NCBI GenBank assembly: GCA_951406725.2
Contig: OX597827.1
Location: 51,584,001-51,648,000 of the forward strand
Source: Octopus vulgaris
Taxonomy: Eukaryota
Direction of reading: 5' to 3'
DNA length: 64,000 nucleotides
Position numbers and translations under genes: made by a program. The notes beneath the pieces were generated by a model. The model was not told where the DNA came from and did no database searches. It saw only the letters and a program-made list of their open reading frames with translations. Of the stretch, positions 1 to 11,385 are shown one piece after another (the first letter of the stretch is position 1; every line of letters starts with the position of its first letter).

Positions 1-39
1 TATATATATATGTGTGTATTTATGTTACTATCTGTGTAT

Positions 40-97
40 ATTCCACTGATGAGGCAAAGCTTTTCTTATGCAGAGCCAGAAATCCAGGATCTGGAAT
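40..97 (+). ncRNA. Minimal type I hammerhead ribozyme motif (Penelope-like element terminus)
   Basis: Stem I ATTCCA(40-45)/TGGAAT(92-97); core CTGATGA(46-52); stem II GGC/GCC; GAAA(79-82); stem III TCC-A-GGA; cleavage triplet ATC ending at C91. One extra A lies before GAAA. Confidence 0.6.
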
Positions 98-295
98 TAT
101 CCAGTAATTTTTTGCTAGTTTATTTTGTCCTTTTGTCTTCTCTCCTGGTGCTGTATGAACATTTAATGTGGTTTTAGAGTCAAGTTTTGGCTGCTATTTC
201 CAGCATGGGGGTATCTCTTAGATACTCTAAATTATAATTTTATATATATGCGGTATACGGATGTCCTGAAACCATACTTGGTGTGTGTTATTAAT

Positions 296-385
296 ACGTC
301 CTGATGAAGGCTGGAAGGTATATCAGCCGAAATGTGTTAACAACAAAGATGAGGACAAATATCTGTCAAATGTAAATAATGTAGT
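296..385 (+). mobile_element. Penelope-like terminal repeat relic with degenerate hammerhead core
   Basis: CTGATGA-A-GGCTG...CAGCC-GAAA, but the stem III/cleavage site and stem I pairing are not intact. Confidence 0.5.
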
Positions 386-389
386 TAGG

Positions 390-568
390 TTTCTTTTTCT
401 AACATTTTACATAGTTCAACCTACACAAGATAATGTGTGATAAACAAAATAGGAATTTTGAAAGAAGTTTCTGTAAAACTAGTTTTTAACCACTGAATGC
501 AACTAGTGGCCCACCAGAACAAAACAGTAGTCAAAGGGGTTCATAGATAAAATATGGTTGAGAACCCT
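390..568. mobile_element. hAT-like DNA transposon end fragment
   Basis: Ends in GGTTGAGAACCC, resembling the CAGGGGTTCTCAACC-type TIR; no partner TIR seen. Confidence 0.3.
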
Positions 569-1337
569 TTTTCTAACTGAATAAAAAGAAATTAGTTTCA
601 CTGAGATAGCGACCCATGACAAATATTCTCATTCTATTCAATTTCATAGCAAATTTCTTCAGATTTATTGAGCTGCTAGCACCAAAATTACTCAAGTTAA
701 CTTTGATGATGCAATTGCAAATGTTAGAATATAAAATTTCGACCTCATTCTTGGACAAAAAGCTGTAATTTCTATTTAGTAATGCATGAGAATTACCTTG
801 TGAATTGCATACTTTGTTGCAACCATACATTCTTAGATATTTCACTAACAGATTTTACTTTTGCTAAAAAAATGATAGGATTATAGCATTATGTATGAAT
901 TTACTATTTTCATTAATCCCATACGCTTTCTTTTTACTAGCTTGGTCTGGAAGAAAGGACAGTGCCTATGACTTTTGCAGGATCTCCTAGATCTATGAAA
1001 TAGAGGCCAATAAAGTTCTTGAACCATTGCATGTCAACACCTGCAGGAAAGACAAATGGAGAGGGAATTCTAAAGAATCAATGTTCTGGGAAGGATGGAC
1101 AGGACATAGTGATTAATGTGTAGTTGGAAGGATTTGATGTAACGAGGCTGATGAAAGGAAAGATAAGTGGGCTGAGAATGCCTAATAATAGTAGTAAAAC
1201 AAAAGAGATAAGACAGTGTGCCTGTGTGCTATTGTATTGTGTCTGTGATTATCTTTATGCTAATCAGTCAGGTGGTTCTTTTCTGTCTGGAATGACTGTG
1301 AGTGCAATGGTTGCACTGTCTTAGATGTAGGAATTAA

Positions 1338-1570
1338 GGCAACGAGTTGGCAGAAACGTTAGCACGCCGGGCGAAATGCCTAGCGGTATTCCGTCTGCCG
1401 CTACATTCTGAGTTCAAATTCCGCCGAGGTCGACTTTGCCTTTCATCCTTTCGGGGTCGATAAATTAAGTACCAGTTATGCACTGGGGTCGATGTAATTG
1501 ACTTAATCCGTTTGTCTGTCCTTCATTTTCCCCTCTATGTTTAGTTCCTTGTAGGTAATAAAGAAATAAG
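1338..1570 (+). mobile_element. tRNA-derived SINE family A (Nin-domain-like core), full length
   Basis: A-box-like TGGCAGAAACGTTAG, B-box GAGTTCAAATTCC, core GCCTTTCATCCTTTCGGGGTCGATAAATTAAGTACCAG; near-identical copies at 40575-40789(-) and 42955-43078. Confidence 0.85.
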
Positions 1571-2311
1571 GAATAATCTTAGCTTTGTAGAATGTAAATA
1601 ATTGTTGGGGGATGACCTATAAAAATTTGAAAATTTGTCTCATTCCTTTCAATATAATATAAAATTTCAGTGTTTACTTTCGCACGACAACGGATGGAGT
1701 CCCTGTATTATGCATAACACTATTAAAAAAGCCATACATATATTTCTGAATAATTAGGAAGTAACCATTATAGATACAAAGTAATTATATCTATATAAAA
1801 TTATTAATGATTATTGGCACAACAATATTACCACCACTTGAAATATTTTTGTAATAAAGATACAAATTTTTCTTTTACATATTTGATTTATGATCTTTAA
1901 TGGTGGTGGTGGGGGTGGGCAAATCACAAGACAAAATAATTTGCGAAAAAATAATTCTTTGGATAGTGTATTTTCAGAAAACTCATGTTGTTTAAATTTA
2001 GTGAAAACATATTATTTACACAGTATATTGAAATTACAGCCTATATTTTTAAATAAGAGTAAAGATAAGCAATGTTGTCATTTGAGCGATACACACAAAG
2101 TGACTTTCTCTGTAGTGTAAAAGTGTACAAACAGCCTCTTTTCTGACCATTATTCAGTTTTAGTCATGTCCAGTTGCATTTTGATCACTGTTACAGTATT
2201 TTAAACAGCCTTTAAACCCAACAATTTTTTAAGTGTATCTATTCTTAAATTTCACCAGATAATTTATATTTACATACATGAGAGGTGAGTGGGCATAATT
2301 AATACTGTGCT

Positions 2312-2495
2312 GGGCATAATACTTAGCAGCATTTCATCCATTTTTATATCCTGAGTTCAAATTCCACTAAGGTTGACATTACCTTTTATCCTTTCGGGAT
2401 AGATAAACTAAGTACCAGTGATCACTGAGGTCAATGTAATCGACTTACCCACTCCACTAAAATTGCTGGCCTTGTGTCAAAATTTGAAATCAATA
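2312..2495 (+). mobile_element. SINE family A, diverged subfamily
   Basis: GAGTTCAAATTCC B-box plus ATCCTTTCGGGATAGATAAACTAAGTACCAG core; shares its 3' tail with the 63718-63915 copy. Confidence 0.75.
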
Positions 2496-2556
2496 TATTT
2501 ACATACATGAATCTGGTAGGGTAGTAGTGGCTTCTGGAGTCCTTTGATCAGGGCAT

Positions 2557-2636
2557 GTTGCCCTTGCTTTTCTTTATCTCTCCCCTGCTTACTTAGGACA
2601 CGTTGCCCTTGTTTTTCTTTATCTCTCCCTTGCTTG
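2557..2636. repeat. Short direct duplication (~34 bp x2)
   Basis: GTTGCCCTTG(C/T)TTTTCTTTATCTCTCCC(C/T)TGCTT at ~2557 and ~2602. Confidence 0.8.
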
Positions 2637-3034
2637 CTTTCTTCTGTTCATGGTTGCTCCTCTTTAGTAGGCAACAGTCTCAGTTTTTTTTACATGGACT
2701 ACCTCCTACAGGGTGGTAGATAACTGCAGGTAGAGCTCGAATAGCTATTTCCAGAGCAAATTAAATTGACTCAGTGAAGTTAAGACAAATTACAGTCAAA
2801 ATATTTCTGACAAACTTTTTGATGAATCTGATCAATGTCACTTATTTTCTGAAAGCCAAATTTTTTGAAGGTTGGACTGATGCTTTGTCTTTGGCAAACA
2901 TCAGTGTCTTATTTAGCCAGGATGAGTTCTGGGTGCTTTTTTGTTTCCAGGATCCTGTGAAAGTGAAAGTGAAAGTATTTTGTCAAAAAGTAGATGTTTT
3001 CCAGACTAAAAAGTCAGTTCTTTGATATACTTAC

Positions 3035-3050
3035 ATCCCTTTCCATGTTC
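3035..3050 (-). other. Candidate 16-nt micro-exon
   Basis: Minus strand: ttttttgttctgtag|GAACATGGAAAGGGAT|gtaagtat, with consensus acceptor and donor. Confidence 0.45.
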
Positions 3051-3600
3051 CTACAGAACAAAAAAATAGTGGCCAGTAGAGGCCCTGCTTAATATTATAA
3101 ACAATCCAGTGTGATAGCCAAATATTTTGTGATTAACAGGAACAAAACAAGGCTATTAGTTAAGTGTTAGAATAATTAACAGCAAATACACAAGTCGAGT
3201 ACTTTTCTTCAACAGGGTGGTTTTCTTCATTATATGTGATTGTGTCCTGGTTGTGGTGAAGGTATGACATCCACAGAAGTGATACACCATGCAGATAGTT
3301 ACCAATGGGAGGTATACCAAAGTTTTTCAAAATATTTGCCAAGGAAGTCTTTGTCTAAGTAATTGATCTTATGTGTTGTCAGGCATATGACATTGCAGAA
3401 AAAGTGCTAACTGGAAAAACTACTGCCACGATGTAGCATTTTATTCAAAATCCAATTAAAATCAGCAGTGTCAGCATCAAATTGAAGAGAGTGAATTTGA
3501 ACAATGATTTGTAGATATTATTTGTTTATAGAATAAATAATAAATCAATCTTTCACTTTTCTTCTATGGAAACAATTTTGTGACCTGATAAACTACTTAC

Positions 3601-3635
3601 TGTTGACAAGATAAATACTTTCACTTTCATAGGGT
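3601..3635 (-). other. Candidate 35-nt exon
   Basis: Minus strand: long polypyrimidine tract ending ttttccaag|ACCCTATGAAAG...TGTCAACA|gtaagtag. Confidence 0.45.
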
Positions 3636-3819
3636 CTTGGAAAAGGAGAAAAAAAAAATGGAAAAATAACCGAGTTTCAACCATCAGGATCAGGAATGAT
3701 TTTTGTCAGAGAATGAAGCACTGGTGTGACAAGCTCTTGAATTCCTGAATTCATTCATGCAGTATCATTTCAACTGAGTGCTGGTCGCTCTGCTTGTCAG
3801 AGATAAACTTAGTAATTAT

Positions 3820-4220
3820 ACAAACCCTAGATAGATCAAGTATCCCTTCAATTCTTGGTGCCCAGAGACACCAAGAAGAGATTTAATCGACTCACACTTT
3901 GCCTAGGTACCTTTATTAAGGAGACCACTTCTAGAGACACTTTCGCTTCAACATACATTTGTGTAGGGGAGGTGGAAGCTATTGCAGCCGTAATTGGATG
4001 GAAGAAGACACTGAAACGCCTTAATCTGTCAGTCAACATTTTCAACCTGCAACATTTCAATCGTTTAGGAAGCTGCCCCGATGACTTAAGTTTTTGACTT
4101 CGTTGGGGCCCCATCTCGAACAAGTATTACATGATGCTAATGAAGGTGCTTGGTTGTTACAGAACGTCAGCCTCACAGTTGCCTGGTTTTTGGGGTTGCG
4201 CCGTATAGCTTGAAGAATGT
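3820..4220 (+). mobile_element. Possible Penelope-like (GIY-YIG) 3' relic
   Basis: TLCLGTFIKET resembles CxxC..YIGET; followed by CTAATGAAGG...GAACGTCAGC, a hammerhead-like remnant. Confidence 0.3.
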
Positions 4221-4391
4221 GCATGTGTGTTTATTATATTTATTCACTCATGATTTCTTTCTTTATTAACTTTTTGGGCCATATTTTTACTGTTTACATT
4301 CGAAAAATTGTGCTTCTTTTTTCGATAAAATTATCTTATTTTATTGCCTTAATTCAGATTGAAACAAGTTTTTGTAATAAGTTTTAATATC

Positions 4392-4763
4392 CTTTACTTG
4401 TTTCAGTCATTAGACTGCGGCCATACTGGGGTACTGCCTTGCAGAATTTTAGCCAAATGAATCGACCCCCTCCTCCCAGTGCTATTTTTTAAAGCCTGAC
4501 ATTCTATCGATCTCATTTCGCCGAACCGGTAAGTTACGAAGATGTAAATGTCAAGCGATGGTGGGGTGACAAACACAGACACACCTACACACACGCAAAT
4601 GTATATGATGGGCTTCTTTTAGCTTCCGCCTAACAATTCCACTCACAAGGCTTTGGTCAACCCAAGGCTATAATAAAAAAAAAAAACACTTGCCAAGGTG
4701 CCGCGCAGAGGGAATGAACCCGGAATCATGTGGACGTGAAGCAAACTTCTTACCACACAACCA
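4392..4763 (-). mobile_element. tRNA-derived SINE family B, full length
   Basis: On the minus strand: tRNA-like head (TGTGTGGTAAG...GGGTTCATTCC), CACCTTGGCAAGTG core and ATGACTGAAACAAGTAAAG tail; many copies in the window. Confidence 0.85.
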
Positions 4764-4899
4764 AAAACAAAATTTTTTAACTTTATTTTCAGAGAAATAA
4801 TAAAAAGAGATTGAGAAGTAAACATTCATATTTTTATTGCTTAATACATACATTCATACATAGGTACATACATATATATATCATTTTTATACTATATAT

Positions 4900-5300
4900 T
4901 AAAAAACATATTCAGCGGTAAGAGCATGAAGTTATCTCCCTTAGTTCGGATCCGCCTTCAATGTATTCACTTACCGTTTCTTTGCTAAAAAAATTCTGTA
5001 AATAAAACAACTGTCTGTCCGTGTGTCTTTACTTCAACTGTGTTTCTAGTGGCACTCACTCTAGCTTCTTGAGTTTCAAAAAGCGGAAGGGTAACGACTG
5101 TCAAAAAAATTGGTAGGGCTTACCTGAAGAAATTAATTCTCCTATCCCTGCTACTCTTACTTGATAGGCGCTAACTTGGCAAGGTCTGTATTAATCTGAC
5201 ATGTACTATGTCACCTCTTCCTGCTCCTCCTGCATTAACAACTGCTCCCCCACTCTATGTCTCTCGTTCTCTTTCACGTTTCACAGCACGCCCCCTCTTT
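4900..5300 (-). promoter_or_regulatory. Candidate promoter/first exon (CpG-retaining patch, donor AAACG|GTAAGT at 4975/4974)
   Basis: Local CpG retention in otherwise CpG-poor DNA, an ETS-like GCGGAAG near 5083, and a consensus minus-strand splice donor. Confidence 0.3.
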
Positions 5301-5829
5301 TACTGCTTTGCAGTTTCTCTTATAACAAGCTTATGTTTTTTAACATCTAAGTGGATGTTATTGCGGATGGTGATGATGATGGTGATGGTGGTAGAAGGAT
5401 ATCGACCATGTTGGTGTGATAATAGCGATAATGTTGGTGAAAAATGGTGTTGATGAGAAATGATAATTATCTTTGGCTTTGGCTGCTGTTAGTTTTTGAA
5501 GTAGAGATATATAAGTCTATTGAACTTAGAAGACTACACGGACGAAAGAAAGTCCACTCCCGTAGGGTTTGAAACTGGAATCCAAAGAAATGAATCTTTA
5601 TAATATTGTATCTTTAAATTTTTGAGTATGTTGTAAAAAACACTAATGCTTATGATAATCAGGATGATGATGATGGTGATGAAAATGATGATATGAACAG
5701 GTGTTGATAGAAATCGTTTCTAAGTTACTTGCACATGCATATACTAATGTGTGGGTATATATATATATATGTATGTATGTATATCTGTATGTATGTATGT
5801 TTGTGAATAAATGTGCATATATATGTATG

Positions 5830-5867
<38 letters not shown>

Positions 5868-6239
5868 AAATAAGCTAAAAATGATGATGAAATGACATCT
5901 AAATCATTTATCATATATAGATAATACCCAATCATATACTTTATTAAACCACATACAAGTAAGAACATTAGGGTTGCAATTGTTGTATATAAAAATATAT
6001 AACAAAACAGCATACATGAATGAGTAATACAATACAAAAAGTACAATCATTATAAGAGGGTATAAATGGAAATAAACATAAATAGATATAAATGGCATTA
6101 CAGAGGTATATTGGATATATGTTATCCCATGGAGGGTTGAAGCAGGACCCCTATCTCAATTTGTATATATATATATATATATATATATCGCTAAACGATG
6201 ATGATGATGATGATGATATATATATATATATATTATATG

Positions 6240-6392
6240 GCATAATAGGAAGGGCATCCAGTCATAGAAACCATGCCAAAACAGGCAAATGGAAGGTGAG
6301 CAGTGTTCCAGCTGACCAAATCCTGTGAAACTGTCCAACCCATGCTAGCATGGAGAACAGACATTGAAAAGTGATAATGATGATGATGATGA
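6240..6392 (+). mobile_element. Retroposon family C 3' fragment with (GAT)n tail
   Basis: AGGAAGGGCATCCAG...CCAACCCATGCTAGCATGG followed by a GATGATGAT tail. Confidence 0.75.
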
Positions 6393-6949
6393 AATATATG
6401 TGTGTATGTGTGTGCATGTGTGTGTGTGTGTTAATAACACCTAGAAGGAGGTACTTTTTCCACTCATGAAAGTGAATGGAGTTTTAGCCAGCAGGAACTG
6501 ATGTCATCAGATGGTACCCGATATTCACCAGGTGTTTTTGACTCTGAACTGTGACACCCACCTGTTGGTGGGTCAGCACAGGTGGCAGAATCACTATTCT
6601 TCATTTCCTCCTGGCTTCCAGCTTAACTCCTCTCTCTTATTCCAAAGCTAACAAGAGGCTCTTGGAACTTCCTTTTCCATCCTGCACACAGTCTCCTTTT
6701 ACTCCTTTCCTCTCATTCCAATGGCTGTAAGCATTCCTCCATGCCAACTGAGCAGAAATCCCCTACAGCCAATCTCAACTGAGAAAAGCCATAACTGCCA
6801 TCCCTTCTCCCTGCAATCTTGCAGAAGGTTCTCATAATTGGCATGTTTCAATTTGTGGGCCTCATCTCATGGGACTGTGAGCTCAATGAAGATAATTTTC
6901 TTGGTCTTTTCAGACAACAGAACCACATCTGGCCTCAGAGTTGTATGGA

Positions 6950-7445
6950 CAGCCTAGGGACCATTAATAGATATAGCAATTTGGATTATGAAATTCCACA
7001 TAGAATTAGGAAAGCAAGTGTTGCTTTCGGAAGGCTAGAAAAGCACCTCTGGAGTCAGTGAGACATATGCAGAAAGACAAAGATAAAGGTGTACAAGGCA
7101 TGTGTGCTTCCTTCTCTTCTCTATGCCTGTGAGACATGGGTCACATATCGATACCACCTTAAACAACTGAAACGTTTCCATCAGATGTGCCTCAGATGGA
7201 TCCATGGCATTAAGTGGAAGGACCGCATCAGTGATCTTGAAATATTGGAAGGCTCTCGGTGTGAAAGTATAGAAGCTCTTGTGTTAAAGCAAAGGCTCAG
7301 ATGGAGTGGTCATCTGGTCAGGATGAAGGATTCAAGGATACCAAAACAACTCTTTTATGGAAAGTTAGCTAAAGGAGAATGACCTCCACATAAACCAAAA
7401 AAGAGGTATAAGGACTTGCTGAAGGCTTCCTTAAGAGCGCTAAGA
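6950..7445 (+). mobile_element. RTE-clade LINE ORF C-terminal relic
   Basis: RIRKASVAFGRL...YKACVLPSLLYACETW...RLRWSGHLVRMKDSRIPKQLFYGKL, with in-frame stops. Confidence 0.9.
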
Positions 7446-7461
7446 GTACCATACGAGTGAG

Positions 7462-7866
7462 ATTGTTGCCAGAGCAACAAGCTGGCCTCCGTGATGATGG
7501 CATGTTAAAAACACCATTCGAGCATGATCATTACCTGCATCACCTTACTAGCACTTGTGCTGGTGGCACGTGAAAAAAACATTCGAGCGAGGTTGTTGCC
7601 AGTGCCGCTGGACTGGCTCCTGTGCAGGTGGCACATAAAAAGCACCATTTGAATGTGGCCGTTGCCAGTACTGCCTGACTGGCCCTCGTGCCAGTGGCAT
7701 GTAAAAGCACCCACTACACTCTCGGAGTGGTTGGCATTAGGAAGGGCATCCAGCTGTAGAAACTCTGCCAGATCAGATTGGAGCGTGGTGCAGCCATCTG
7801 GTTTGCCAGTCCTCAGTCAAATCGTCCAACCCATGGTAGCATGGAAAGTGGATGTTAAACGATGGT
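7462..7866 (+). mobile_element. Retroposon family C (SINE/LINE 3'-like) with internal subrepeats
   Basis: Repeated GGTGGCACRTAAAAAGCACC units, then GGTTGGCATTAGGAAGGGCATCCAGCTGTAGAAA...GTTAAACGATG; homologous to 58255-58546. Confidence 0.8.
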
Positions 7867-8251
7867 GATTTATGCAAGTTTCCATCTACCAAATTCATCC
7901 AAAAGTCTTTAGTCAACCTGGGTGTATCGTAGAAAACACTTGTCCAAAGTGACATACAGTAGTACTGAACCTGAAACCATGTAACTGTAAAATAAATTTC
8001 TTAGCCACATGGCCTTGTTAATGAGTGTGTTTGTATGTCTGTATTCATATATCTATATTTGTATAAGTGTATGCTTATACAGTGTGTGTGCGTGCATATG
8101 TGTGTGTGTATGTATGTGTGTACTTGTTATTAGTGTATATATGTTTGAAGATACATGTATAAGCATGTGGATATATGTATGAGTATATGCATATTTGTGT
8201 ATATACATGCATAAGTTCACACTCATGCATATATGCATGTAAGATTGTGTA

Positions 8252-8580
8252 GGGTTTAAATGGCACTCCATCAGTTATGACGACTAGGGCTCCATTTGAT
8301 CTGATCAACAGAACGGCCTGCTCATGAAATTAACATGCAAGTAGCTGAGCACTCCACAGACATGTATCTCCTTAACATAGTTCTCAGGGAGATTCAGCAT
8401 GACACAGAATGTGACAAGGCTGGCCCTTTGAATTATGAGTACTACTCATTTTTGCCAGCTGAGTGGACTGGAGCAACATGAAATAAAGTGTCTTGCTCAA
8501 GGATACAATACATTGCTAGGAATGGAACTCACAACCTTATGTTTGTGAGTTGCATACTTCTCACTACTAAACCACATGCC
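8252..8580 (-). mobile_element. tRNA-derived SINE family D (CORE-like)
   Basis: On the minus strand: head GGCATGTGGTTTAGTAGTGAG...GAGTTCCATTCC followed by CCTTGAGCAAGACACTTT; a partial plus-strand copy lies at ~37347-37470. Confidence 0.75.
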
Positions 8581-9140
8581 TTCTCAGGATTTACATGTAT
8601 GAATATATCATATACATGTATATATTTCAGTATTCATATATGTTTAAGGCAATCACTGCAAAAGTATCTCTCATAGATTGCAGGATTTATGTATTCATTT
8701 ACTTATCTAATTACATATACTCACTTATTATAATTTACTATTACTGACTTAATTAGCTATCTATTTTCTGTTTGTTTTCTTTATTTCTTTATTTGTATAT
8801 GATCATGAAGCTAGAAATTACACATCTGCTTTCATTTAATATGTAATGATATTCTTTGATTATTCCTTCTGACTCTAATTCATTGACTTTATATTTTGTG
8901 AAGAAACAATTCAAACTGCTATGAGTTAAATTTCTTCCAAAGTTTTGAATCCCAAGCACATGCTATGAAATGACTTTGATGTATTTACAGATGTATTCTC
9001 AGATTAATGAAAGCTGAGATTATCCACTGAAACAATAAATCAATAAAATGATTGCTATTCATTCTAGAATTATCTATATAAAATGTGTTGAGTCCTCTTT
9101 TGGTTTTCTGGTATCCTTGATCTTGATCTTTGATTCAAAT

Positions 9141-9406
9141 GGAAGGTGTTTATAACCCATTTAAGAAACACACAAAACCGTTAGATTCACTTCAACATTT
9201 AAATTTAATTTGTCAAAATATTTTCGTCACTTTTCGTCTCAAAGCGACGAAAATATTTTGACAAATTAAATTTAAATGTTGAAGTGAATCTAACGGTTTT
9301 TGTGTGTTTCTTAAATGGCTCATAAACACCTTTCATGCTGCAATTGTTTTCGTTCCAGCACATGATCTCAGATCAAGTCACTCGCTATGCAAGTACATCT
9401 CCGTAA
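9141..9406. mobile_element. Fold-back Penelope-like terminal repeat (inverted arms ~9141-9233/9241-9334)
   Basis: Near-perfect ~93-bp inverted arms; a second family member at 20481-20772; hammerhead 3' half GCGAC-GAAA-ATAT-TT-TGACAA. Confidence 0.7.
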
Positions 9407-9623
9407 TTTGATTCAAGTGTTGTCCTATATATATATCCTGTTAATTATAATAATGGTATTTATATAAGCCTAAAGCTTATAACGATCACTGTGCAATTTC
9501 ACACTGAAATATATATATATATATATATATGTTGTCAGTGGATCATGTCTCTGAAAAAGAAGCACACTCTAAAAGTTAGAGAAATGATGTATTTACATGA
9601 AGTTAAATATATGTCAAGTCATA

Positions 9624-9684
9624 GAGTGATCAATGGTTTTTGCATCCATAAAATGCTTAGCTTTATAGATGATTCGTCAGACTC
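9624..9684 (-). ncRNA. Degenerate hammerhead motif
   Basis: Minus strand GAGT-CTGACGA-...CATCTATAAA/TTTATGGATG stem II...CAAAA (G12 lost)...ATC-ACTC. Confidence 0.4.
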
Positions 9685-10689
9685 CAGGAGCCACAGGCCA
9701 TATCTAATTTATAAGCAAACAAATAATATACTGTTTGAGCCTTAAATGGGACAGGTTATTGCCCTTAGAACGATCTGGTCAGCAAATCTTATGAACCTAA
9801 AGGGCAGATTGGGAATCTCTACCATTAGGTTAGTTCTGGTCTGCAAATACTTTTTACAACCCTAACTGATGAATGAGGAATTCCATACCTGCCACAAGTA
9901 ACATTTGAAATGGTGGTAGGGCCTATAGATCTCAAGTCTTGAGTTTAGGAGAGACTCTGGGTCCAGCAAATCTTTAAGGATCCTTGCCCACTCTGCTATG
10001 CAAAGCTTGCATCATCTGCTCCCATAGGATCCCAACTGCTCTATATAGATCCTTCATTTAATTTTGTATGGTGTTCCTTCATCCTTAAGGAGCTACATGT
10101 GGCTGGCCAGGAACGTGACATAGCATTTTTCCAGAACCCTAAAAGCGGACCTGTGGTTTTACCTCAGCTCAAATTCCATCTTAACATGAGGAGATACATA
10201 GTTACCTAGCTAGAGGGAAAGAGAGAAAGAGTGGGAGATAGCAAGAGTGCAGGAGAGAGATGGTGGCAAAGTGCCAGGGTATACTCACAAAGAACAGGGA
10301 TCAGAGCATAGATGGGATGGTAGAATAAGGAAGAAAGCGATAAATAGTGGCAAGTGCCAGAACATATCCTCAAGCTATGGAGCCCATAATATAAGTGGCA
10401 GAGTATTGCCAAGAAAGGCATGAGTAGGGAGGTTGGGATGCAGTGACTAGTGAGAATCTAGAATTATAAAGGGGGTGGGGATAGCAACAATACAATGAGC
10501 AGGGCAGTGAGGATAGGGTTGGGGAGTGGGAGATAATCATAGTGTATGTAGAGGAAATGTGAGGAAGGGGATAGAAAGATGCTGTTTGGGAGAGGCGATA
10601 TAGGTTTGTTGGGGTAGGGTGTGTGAAAATTTTTATTGCTACATGTGGGTGGAACACGACACTTCTAGAACTCATTTTCACTGACATGG

Positions 10690-10910
10690 GAAGTCTTCTC
10701 TAGAACCTCATATTGCCAGACATCTTGGTCCATTGTCATTTTTTCCATGAGCCCCAACATCTGGAGGTCGGTCCTCAGTACTTCTTCTCATGTCTTCCTG
10801 GGTCTCCCTCTTCCACAGGTATCATCCAGTTTCAGTGACTGGCACTTCTTTATACAGCTGTTTCATTCATATGCATCACATGTCCAAACCAACATAGTCT
10901 ACTCTCTTGC
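10690..10910 (-). mobile_element. RTE-like LINE 3' relic
   Basis: Minus strand encodes ...WFGHVM...CGRGRPRKT*EEV, typical of RTE C-termini. Confidence 0.6.
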
Positions 10911-10944
10911 ATAGTTGTTAAACGAAATATGGTGTTCCTACCAG

Positions 10945-11014
<70 letters not shown>

Positions 11015-11021
11015 TCTTATT

Positions 11022-11201
11022 CTTTTACTTGTTTCAGTGATTTGGCTGTGGCCATGCAAGAGCACCGCCTTTAATCGAGCAAATCAACCCCTAGTTGTAA
11101 GCCTAGTACTTATTTTATCAGTCTCTTTTGCCAAACAGGGACATGAACGCACCAGCATTGATTGTCAAGTGATGCTGGGGGGACAGATACAGACACACGA
11201 A

Positions 11202-11234
<33 letters not shown>

Positions 11235-11385
11235 ACATATGATGGGCTTCTTTCAGTTTCTGTCTATGAAATTCACTCACAAAGCTTTGGTTGGCCCAAG
11301 GCTATAGTAGAAGACACTTGCCCAAGATGCTATGCAGTGTGACTGAACCCGAACCCATGTGGCTGGTAAGCAAGCTACATACCAC
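11022..11385 (-). mobile_element. SINE family B
   Basis: Colinear homology to 4392-4763, with an internal (CA)n. Confidence 0.85.

Noticed and set aside
573-845. 90-aa minus-strand ORF as the coding exon of the candidate spliced transcript
   Set aside because: GTG start, no domain, and nearby splice signals imply an implausibly short intron.
3055-4974. snoRNA-host interpretation of the micro-exon transcript
   Set aside because: No canonical RTGATGA...CTGA pair with a terminal stem was found by eye in the introns; a covariance search could overturn this.
5535-5590. tRNA-like T-arm on the minus strand
   Set aside because: Only a partial B-box/T-stem with no complete cloverleaf; likely a SINE remnant.
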